A program made the translations under genes and the position numbers. Positions 51,307-57,984 of a stretch of DNA of 64,000 nt are shown here, in pieces. The stretch covers positions 3,182 to 67,181 of the forward strand of contig DATHBF010000449.1 in NCBI GenBank assembly GCA_035296285.1. Reading direction: 5' to 3'. Source of the stretch: Pyrinomonadaceae bacterium. Its GTDB lineage: Bacteria > Acidobacteriota > Blastocatellia > Pyrinomonadales > Pyrinomonadaceae. Under the pieces are notes generated by a model. It worked only from the letters and a program-made list of their open reading frames with translations. It was not told where the DNA came from and did not search any database. Each line of letters begins with the position of its first letter. Positions within the stretch are counted from its first letter, which is position 1.

Positions 51307-53523
51307 ATGGCAAACGAACCGAGGACCCTCGACGATGGTCGCTACCTGATCAAGCGGCTGCTGGGCCGCGGCGGGGCGGGGCGCGTCTACCTCGCGGAAG
51401 ACACGCAGGGGGAGCCGGGCCGCGAGACGTGCGCCATCAAGGAACTGGACCCGCGCTCGCAAGACCCCGAAGAGCGGCAGCAGGTCCGCGAGCTCTTCGC
51501 GGACGAGGAGAACTACCTCAGCGAGTTGGGCGGCTACAACGGCCAGATACCGATGCTGTACCGTTGCTTCACGGCGCCGGGCGCCGACGGCGGTGAGCGG
51601 CGCTACATCGCGCAGGAGTACATCGAGGGCTCGTCGCTGAGCGACGAGCTGAGAGACGGCGTGCTCGACGAGACTGAGGTCAAGCGGCTCCTCGTCCAGC
51701 TCCTGCCCGTGCTCGCTCACATCCACGCGAAGAGTTATATCCACCGAGACATAACCCCCTCGAACATCATCCTGCGCCGCGGCAGCCGCCTGCCCGTGCT
51801 CATAGACTTCGGCACGGCCAAAGAGATGGAGACGACCGTCGTCGCCACAGGCAAGCGTGATGACGCCTACACGCGCGTCGTCGGCAAGAAGGGTTACTGG
51901 GCGCCCGAACAAGAACGGGGAAGGCCCGTCTACGGCAGCGACCTCTACAGCCTCGGCGTGACGGCCATCCAACTGCTGACGGGCGTCGGGCCGTTGGAGC
52001 TGGCGCGCGAGTCACTGACCGAACGGGGCGACCCGCTGTCCGAACGGCTGCGCTGGCGCGAGCAACACGCCCCACACGTCTCGCCCGAATTCGCTGCGGT
52101 CCTCGACCGCGCGGTCGCGCCCGACGTTAAGGACCGTTACGATGGCGACGCGCGCCAGATGCTCGTGGCCGTCGAGGAGCTGGGGGTCACCGACGATGAG
52201 TTGCTGCGCCAGCGGCTCGGCGACGCGTGGGAAGCGATCTCGGCGCGCGAGCCGCGCCTCCCATCCGGCTTCAAGCAGTGCAACGGCAGCACGCTCCACC
52301 TCGGCGGGGCGCCGGACCCGGCGGCCCTCGGCAAAGTGTTAGACGTGGTCTTTAAGCGGCGCACCGGGGCCTTCGCGGTACTGCGCGAGCCGCGCCCGAT
52401 TAACTGCGGCTACTACGTCAGCAGAGAGGATGAATACTGCCCGCAATGCGGGGCCTACAACGCCCTCCGGCTCGGCGACCGCCAGTCCCACCTGCTGCAA
52501 CACGCGCCGGAGGTGTACATACAGCGGTGGCACCACAAGACTTACTCCGAGATGATAAGGTTACGCGAGATACCTGACGTTGATAACATCGTCGGGAGAG
52601 TGTCCAACTGGCTAGGCGCTGAAGACCTCCTGGACTGGTTCGGGCGGGGCGCCGCCTTCATTCTGACGGCGGGCGCCGCCCTCGGGGGGCTGGTCCTCGG
52701 GCTGCTCGTGAGCCTACGCCTCTTCGAGACCACCCTTACTATCACGGCCTTCACCCTCGGCGCGGCTGTTACCGGGGCGCTCACCGGATTCTTTTTGTGT
52801 GAGCTGATTAACGAGCAGCAGAACACCGAGCAGCACCGCCGGAAGGCCGCGGAGATACAGCGTTGGCTGCACGCGTTGAAAAAGCAGAGGACGGAGCTGT
52901 CCGACAGCCTGCGCGAGAAGACGGAGGCGCGCCGGGCCGAAGGGGCGTGCCTCGACAGCGTGGACGGTCAGCTCAAGGTCGAGTTGGAGAGCATCGCGCG
53001 GCAGGGGGAGCGCATCCGCGAGCGACTCAACTCGGCGCGCAGGGCAGCGCCCGAGGTCGTCGCGGAGAGCGAGAAGCGTCGGGAGGAGGAGGGGCTGCGG
53101 CGCGCACTCCAGCGCAGCGTCGAGCGGCAGCGCAAATACGAGGTCAAGGTTGCCGAGATTGACCTGCTCCGGCGCCACAACGAGTTACAGGCATTCCGCT
53201 GGAGCAAGGGCATCACCCACGAGAATGGCGCGGCCATCGAGGCGGAGTTGGAGGCGCTGACCGCGCGGCTCGACGGCATCTACGGCGAGCTGCGTCTGAC
53301 GGACGCGCTCGAATCCGAGGCCGGCAAGCTGTGGCTCGCGCGCATCCTGCACGCGCGCAAGGTACTGCTCAAAGCGCGCGGGCAACTCTTCCGTCACATG
53401 AACCGGCTGGCCGTGAACGAGACGGCCGCCGCGCCCGCCGAAATGCTGCGCAACCTCAACCTGCTGAATGCCTACCTCTGCTTCGACGACTTCCTCGGCG
53501 AGTACCGCGCGCTCAAGTCCTGA
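51307..53523 (+). CDS. Ser/Thr protein kinase with zinc-ribbon-like segment, two predicted TM helices and a long C-terminal coiled coil
   Basis: Hanks kinase motifs: GRGGAGRVYLA, AIKEL, HRDITPSNIIL, DFGTAK, GYWAPEQ. The segment CGYYVSREDEYCPQCGAYN follows. A hydrophobic stretch is AAFILTAGAALGGLVLGLLVSLRLFETTLTITAFTLGAAVTGALTGFFLCELI. About 230 aa of charged heptad-like sequence follows. The ATG is at 51307 inside the track ORF 50857-53523. Confidence 0.8.
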   Translation: MANEPRTLDDGRYLIKRLLGRGGAGRVYLAEDTQGEPGRETCAIKELDPRSQDPEERQQVRELFADEENYLSELGGYNGQIPMLYRCFTAPGADGGERRYIAQEYIEGSSLSDELRDGVLDETEVKRLLVQLLPVLAHIHAKSYIHRDITPSNIILRRGSRLPVLIDFGTAKEMETTVVATGKRDDAYTRVVGKKGYWAPEQERGRPVYGSDLYSLGVTAIQLLTGVGPLELARESLTERGDPLSERLRWREQHAPHVSPEFAAVLDRAVAPDVKDRYDGDARQMLVAVEELGVTDDELLRQRLGDAWEAISAREPRLPSGFKQCNGSTLHLGGAPDPAALGKVLDVVFKRRTGAFAVLREPRPINCGYYVSREDEYCPQCGAYNALRLGDRQSHLLQHAPEVYIQRWHHKTYSEMIRLREIPDVDNIVGRVSNWLGAEDLLDWFGRGAAFILTAGAALGGLVLGLLVSLRLFETTLTITAFTLGAAVTGALTGFFLCELINEQQNTEQHRRKAAEIQRWLHALKKQRTELSDSLREKTEARRAEGACLDSVDGQLKVELESIARQGERIRERLNSARRAAPEVVAESEKRREEEGLRRALQRSVERQRKYEVKVAEIDLLRRHNELQAFRWSKGITHENGAAIEAELEALTARLDGIYGELRLTDALESEAGKLWLARILHARKVLLKARGQLFRHMNRLAVNETAAAPAEMLRNLNLLNAYLCFDDFLGEYRALKS

Positions 53524-53576
53524 TAGCCGCAACGCCCGCCTTCCGCCCGCCGCCCCTGCCTGCTATTCTCCGGCCC

Positions 53577-53990
53577 ATGCCTTTCTCCACGCGTATCCCC
53601 GTCCGCTTCGGCGACACGGACCCGGCCGGGCTCGTCTACTACCCCGTCCTCCTTCACTACTGCCACGCGGCGATGGAAGAGTTCTTCGCCGCGCGCTGCG
53701 GGGTGAGTTACGCGCGCCTCGTGGCGGAGCGGCGGCTCGGCTTCCCGACCGTCAACGTGCGCGCGGAGTTCTCCGAGCCCTTCGTCTACGGCGACACGGC
53801 CGAGGTCGAGGTCTGGGTCTCGCGCGTCGGCCGCAGCTCCGCCACCTTCGAGTACAGGCTGCGCCGCGCCTCCGACTCCGCGCCCTGCGCCAGCGCCACG
53901 CTCGTGCAGGTGGCGATGAGCCTGGACGAGCGCCGCGCCGTGCCCGTCCCCGCAGACCTCCGCCGCGCCTTCGAGCAAAGCCCCGCATGA
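53577..53990 (+). CDS. 4HBT/YbgC-like hotdog-fold acyl-CoA thioesterase
   Basis: Begins MPFSTRIPVRFGDTDPAGLVYYPVLLHYCHAAMEEFF...FPTVNVRAEF, with the catalytic Asp in the GDTD context. Confidence 0.75.
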   Translation: MPFSTRIPVRFGDTDPAGLVYYPVLLHYCHAAMEEFFAARCGVSYARLVAERRLGFPTVNVRAEFSEPFVYGDTAEVEVWVSRVGRSSATFEYRLRRASDSAPCASATLVQVAMSLDERRAVPVPADLRRAFEQSPA

Positions 53991-54008
53991 AGTCCGCCGC
54001 GCGCAGGT

Positions 54009-54037
54009 TTGACAGCCGGCGTGATGTCGTTTAGGAT
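54009..54037 (+). promoter_or_regulatory. candidate sigma70-type promoter with a long (about 280 nt) leader
   Basis: TTGACA-17 nt-TAGGAT. The next start codon (54324, preceded by AAGGAG) is about 285 nt downstream. Confidence 0.4.
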
Positions 54038-54323
54038 GCGCGTATACTTTCCGTTCCCGGACCGCAGTCACACAGGCGGGGACGTTTCCGCGACGGAGCC
54101 ACCTGAATCATCTCGCAGACTTTTCCGTCCAAAGTTAATTGCACTCTTCCGGTCCTGAAGTCAGGGCCGACCTCGACGCGGTAAGAATGCCGCGGCGAGG
54201 CACGACGACATCCGGCCCGCCGACAATGGCGAGGGCCGGAACGACTCACGGGTCGAGGCTTCCTTTTCACTGGGGCTAGCTCTCTTGCCCCCCAACCACA
54301 GCACAGTGAAACAAGGAGAACGA

Positions 54324-55694
54324 ATGAAGAAGTTTTTCGCATGTCTCGCGGTCGTCATGGCCGCGCTCATCGCCGCCGTCACCACCAACGTCGGCGCCCA
54401 GCAAACCTGTACGACCGAGGTCGTCACCGAGAGCGACATCGCCAGGCAGGCCGAGGGCACAGCCCCGACGAAGGATTGGGTGCTTTACACGCGCCCGGCG
54501 ACCCCCGGCGTCGGCACTTTCGTGACCGGCCCCGGCACGCCCCCCGCCGGCGACGGGAGCCTTAAGTTCGACACCGTCGGCGCCAGCGACAAGGTGTTCA
54601 TCTTCAACTTCGAGCACGAGGGCGTGCCGCTCAACAGCATTAACAAGCTGTCGTACTCCACGTACCGCTACCCGGCCAGCACCTCGGGCGACGCCCGGCA
54701 GGCGACGATCCCGGCGATAAACATCGTCATAGACTTCAACGGCCCGAACGTCGCCGGGGGCTTCAGCACGCTGGTCTTCGAGCCCATCTACAACCTCAAC
54801 CAGCAGTCGGTCGTCGAAGGTCAGTGGCAGTTGTGGGACGCCATCAACAGCGGCAACGCCATCTGGTGGTCCACGCGGGCCCTTAACAATCAATGCGCCG
54901 GGGCCACAGTCAACTGCTGGAAGACGTGGGACTACATCATCCAGAACAACCCGCAGGCCGTCATCTACCTGCCGGGCCAGAACGACCCCACGCGCGGCGG
55001 CATCGGCCTCAATCAGGGCGGCGGCAACGCCGGCCTCTTCGCCTCCGTTGACGCGTTCACCCTCGGTTACGGGAACTTCTGCGTGAAGTATGATTTCGAG
55101 CCTGACGCCGACAACGACGGCGCGGGCGACGGCGAGGACTGCGACGACAACGACAATACGGTCTACCCCGGCGCCCCCGAACTCTGCGACGGCAAGGACA
55201 ACGACTGCGACGGGGACGTTGACGAGGGCGCGACGACCACCTTCTACGCCGACCTCGACAACGACGGTTACGGCAACTCGGCGCAGAGCGTCCAGGCGTG
55301 CAGCGCGCCCCAGGGCTACGTCACCACCGGCGGCGACTGCAACGACAACAACCCGGCCGTCAACCCCGGCGCGGCCGAGGCGTGCAACGGCACGGACGAT
55401 AACTGCAACGGTTCAACCGACGAAGGCTTCCTCAACACCGACGGCGACGGCATGGCCAACTGCGTTGACCCGGACGACGACGGCGACGGCTTCGACGACG
55501 TGGCCGACAACTGCCCGCTCGTCGCCAACGACCAGTCGGACTTTGACGGCAACGGCATCGGCGACGCCTGCGAGACCGACTCGCCCGTCAGCCCGACCAA
55601 TAAGGACCAGTGCAAGAACAACGGCTGGACGATGTGGACGCCGAGATTCAAGAACCAGGGCGACTGCATCCAGTACGTCAACACACGGAAATAG
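54324..55694 (+). CDS. secreted protein with C-terminal MopE-like putative metal-binding repeats and thrombospondin-type-3-like Asp-rich repeats
   Basis: Signal peptide MKKFFACLAVVMAALIAAVTTNVGAQ. Repeats DCDDNDNTVYPGAPELCDGKDNDCDGDVDEG and GGDCNDNNPAVNPGAAEACNGTDDNCNGSTDEG. Also DTDGDGMANCVDPDDDGDGFDDVADNCPLVANDQSDFDGNGIGDACE. Confidence 0.6.
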   Translation: MKKFFACLAVVMAALIAAVTTNVGAQQTCTTEVVTESDIARQAEGTAPTKDWVLYTRPATPGVGTFVTGPGTPPAGDGSLKFDTVGASDKVFIFNFEHEGVPLNSINKLSYSTYRYPASTSGDARQATIPAINIVIDFNGPNVAGGFSTLVFEPIYNLNQQSVVEGQWQLWDAINSGNAIWWSTRALNNQCAGATVNCWKTWDYIIQNNPQAVIYLPGQNDPTRGGIGLNQGGGNAGLFASVDAFTLGYGNFCVKYDFEPDADNDGAGDGEDCDDNDNTVYPGAPELCDGKDNDCDGDVDEGATTTFYADLDNDGYGNSAQSVQACSAPQGYVTTGGDCNDNNPAVNPGAAEACNGTDDNCNGSTDEGFLNTDGDGMANCVDPDDDGDGFDDVADNCPLVANDQSDFDGNGIGDACETDSPVSPTNKDQCKNNGWTMWTPRFKNQGDCIQYVNTRK

Positions 55695-55728
55695 TGGGCG
55701 CGGCCGGCGCTTCGGCCGCGTGCGCAAA

Positions 55729-55771
55729 AATGAGAGGGCCGGGATGTCGTGTCCCGGCCCTCTCATTTTAT
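55729..55771 (+). terminator. rho-independent terminator
   Basis: ATGAGAGGGCCGGGA-tgtcgtg-TCCCGGCCCTCTCAT, a 15-bp perfect stem followed by TTTTA. Confidence 0.75.
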
Positions 55772-55795
55772 GAACGACTGAGCGGTGTGGGCGTT

Positions 55796-55824
55796 TTTAC
55801 ATCGCGGAAGGGGTGGCATATAAT
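55796..55824 (+). promoter_or_regulatory. candidate sigma70-type promoter
   Basis: TTTACA-17 nt-TATAAT, about 90 nt upstream of the GTG start at 55915. Confidence 0.5.
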
Positions 55825-55914
55825 CATCCGCGCTCTCCGGGCCCGCTCCCTTTTAACCTTCCACTAGAAAGTTAAGAAAAGGCCCCGCGGAGACTCGCAG
55901 GAGGTTCTTCGGCC

Positions 55915-57087
55915 GTGTCCCAACGAAAATTCATCGCGCTCGCCCTGGCACTCGTCGTGTCCCTCGGGCTGTCTTCCCCGACGCTCGCGCTCGTCGCCGA
56001 CGCCGTCGCCACGCCGACGCCCTCGACCGACGCGCCGCCCGCCGACGCCGAAGAGGCTCCCGCCGAAGCCCCCGCCCCGAACGGCGACGCGGCCCCCGCC
56101 CCCGGGCAGCCGCAGAAGCGCAAAGGCAACGCCTTCGCGCGCGCCCTCTCTGCCCCCTTCCGCGCCCTCGCCCGTCTGTTCGGCGGCGGCAAGAAGAACG
56201 ACGCCGCGAAGAAGCGCGGGCAGCCCGCCCCGCCCTCGAAAACCGAGACGGCCGCCGCCGTCAAGCCCAAGCCGGCCGAGCCCGCTGCCGCGGCTCAGGA
56301 GCCGGCCGCCGCCGCGGCCCCGCCGCTCCAGTCTGTTCTGAAGGACGCGCCCGCCGTGCGCGCCGCCGAAGGACCGCGCGTCGTCCGCCCGGCCGAAGCC
56401 GGCGCGGCGCGTCCGAACACGGGGATGTGGATTCCCGTCATCGAAGGCATCCCGAAAGACCCGCTCTCGCAGGGGCGCGCGCTGCTCGAACACGGCTACG
56501 TCCAGGAGTCCATCTCGGAGCTTTCAATCGCCGCCACGCAGGTCGGGCCCGGGCTGGTCGAAGCCAACAACCTGCTCGGCATCGCCTACGACCGCATGGG
56601 CTGGCACAGGCAGGCCATAGAGGCTTACCAGCGCGCCCTCACCTTCGCGCCCAAAGACCCCTACGTCCTCGCCAACCTCGGCTTCTCACTCCACCTCGCC
56701 GACGACCACCAGAACGCCCTCAAGCGCCTCAAACAAGCCTCGAAGCTGGCCCCCGGCACCCCCGTCATCTACAACAACCTCGGTATCGTCCTCGCGCGCC
56801 TGCGCAAGTACGAAGAGGCGTACAAGCACTTCGCCATCGCCTCGAACGAGTACGACGCGCACCTAAAGCTCGCCGGCATACTCGAAGACCAGCGCCGCGA
56901 CGCCGAGGCCGTCAAGCACTACGAGGCCGCGCTCAACATGCAGCCCGGCGCCAGCGCCGTCCTCGAACGCCTCGTCGCCCTCTACGACCGCACGGGCCAG
57001 CGCGACAAGGCCGACACGGCCCGCCGCGCCCTCGGCCGGCCAAAGAACCCGCAGCGGACGACCATTGGCGGCGGTGGCGGCGACTAA
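55915..57087 (+). CDS. secreted/anchored Pro-Ala-rich protein with C-terminal TPR domain
   Basis: Has an N-terminal hydrophobic segment and a low-complexity A/P/E region. TPR repeats follow (NLLGIAYDRMGWHRQAIEAYQRALTFAPKDPYVLANLG...). Confidence 0.7.
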   Translation: MSQRKFIALALALVVSLGLSSPTLALVADAVATPTPSTDAPPADAEEAPAEAPAPNGDAAPAPGQPQKRKGNAFARALSAPFRALARLFGGGKKNDAAKKRGQPAPPSKTETAAAVKPKPAEPAAAAQEPAAAAAPPLQSVLKDAPAVRAAEGPRVVRPAEAGAARPNTGMWIPVIEGIPKDPLSQGRALLEHGYVQESISELSIAATQVGPGLVEANNLLGIAYDRMGWHRQAIEAYQRALTFAPKDPYVLANLGFSLHLADDHQNALKRLKQASKLAPGTPVIYNNLGIVLARLRKYEEAYKHFAIASNEYDAHLKLAGILEDQRRDAEAVKHYEAALNMQPGASAVLERLVALYDRTGQRDKADTARRALGRPKNPQRTTIGGGGGD

Positions 57088-57470
57088 AGCATAAAAAGAA
57101 CCGAGGGGGCCGGGATTTAACTCCCGACCCCCTCGGCGACGAGGCCGCCGCCCGCCCACCCGCGTGCGGCGACCCCGCGGCACAGCCCGCGCCCTTCCGG
57201 GGCGGACGTGCCTACCGAGGGACGATGCGCGTGCCCATAAGCGCACTCATCCCATGATTCGGCAGGAAGGGACAGGCCCGGGTGCCGGAGCAGACTCCGA
57301 CCTGCCCTTGCTAAAAGGCAAACTCCTTAAAGGGACTGTTCGCGAATAAGGGGTGACGTGATCCGTGAGGATTACGTCATCTGTAGCGGGGTGGCGCTGG
57401 CGTAACTGGCTTAAAGCGAGAAACTATTTACACCCGCCAAGCTCATCAGTCAACGGTTTTTTCGCCCTCT

Positions 57471-57485
57471 TGCAAGACTCTTGCA
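57471..57485. promoter_or_regulatory. 15-bp perfect palindrome TGCAAGA-C-TCTTGCA (copy 1)
   Basis: Read directly from the sequence. It shares 18 of 19 nt (TGCAAGA[C/G]TCTTGCATC) with copy 2 at 57966-57980. It lies about 140 nt 3' of the small peptide gene. Confidence 0.6.
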
Positions 57486-57626
57486 TCTCCCGGCGCAAGC
57501 GACCCACAGGGCAAGAAATTTTTCCTGGCCCGTACCAGATATTTTGCTATCATGCACGGGCACACCACGCCTGTGCCGCCGCGAGCCTCACGGCAGCGTA
57601 CACCTTGCCGCGACTCGCCGACGTTC

Positions 57627-57887
57627 CTAGAACAGCCCCAGCAAGCTTTGCATCAAATTAAACGTGACCTCTAACCCGTCAATCGAGGTTTGTGAGGACG
57701 TGCCAGTCACACCAGTCTGCATTTCACCTGGAGCGCCGTTCTGGATATCACCGTCGCCGGTGACGCCGTTCTGTATTACTCCTTGAGTCGCGCTCGTCGT
57801 TCCTGTGACCCCGTTTTGCATTAGTCCGGCGTAGGCAGAGCAGGACAGAGTCAGAATCAACATCGCGGTGCTAATAGCTTTGCGCAT
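57627..57887 (-). CDS. small secreted repeat peptide (86 aa), hypothetical
   Basis: Signal peptide MRKAISTAMLILTLSCSAYA. The mature part has four degenerate repeats (LMQNGVTGTTSATQG / VIQNGVTGDGD / IQNGAPGE / MQTGVTGTSSQTS) and a hydrophobic tail FNLMQSLLGLF. GAGAGGA lies upstream of the ATG. The gene sits in a low-GC island. Confidence 0.6.
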   Translation of the reverse strand: MRKAISTAMLILTLSCSAYAGLMQNGVTGTTSATQGVIQNGVTGDGDIQNGAPGEMQTGVTGTSSQTSIDGLEVTFNLMQSLLGLF

Positions 57888-57955
57888 TTTCTTTTCCTCT
57901 CATTTTGGATGGGTTAGTAGCCATGCTCGCCGCATCTCGTTGAACTGCGGTGACT

Positions 57956-57984
57956 TTGATACTGATGCAAGAGTCTTGCATCAA
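57956..57984 (-). promoter_or_regulatory. candidate sigma70-type promoter for the small peptide gene, with palindrome copy 2 in its spacer
   Basis: The minus strand reads TTGATG-17 nt-TATCAA. The 17-nt spacer contains TGCAAGACTCTTGCA. The predicted 5' UTR is about 60 nt. Confidence 0.4.
57966..57980. promoter_or_regulatory. 15-bp perfect palindrome TGCAAGA-G-TCTTGCA (copy 2)
   Basis: Ends 3 nt before the ATG (57984) of the TPR-HTH-REC regulator. It lies inside the spacer of the candidate promoter for the divergent peptide gene. Confidence 0.6.

Noticed and set aside
57255-57455. Possible structured ncRNA ending in a T-run (GGTTTTTTCG at about 57444-57453), with local hairpins such as GACGTGATCC-GTGA-GGATTACGTC
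   Set aside because: I could not match it by eye to SRP RNA, 6S, tmRNA, RNase P or a riboswitch consensus. No convincing terminator stem precedes the T-run. It would need an Infernal/Rfam scan, so it is not reported as a feature.
57365-57661. 98-aa plus-strand ORF in the low-GC island
   Set aside because: It has no RBS and no recognisable features. It overlaps palindrome copy 1 and the 3' end of the better-supported minus-strand peptide gene.
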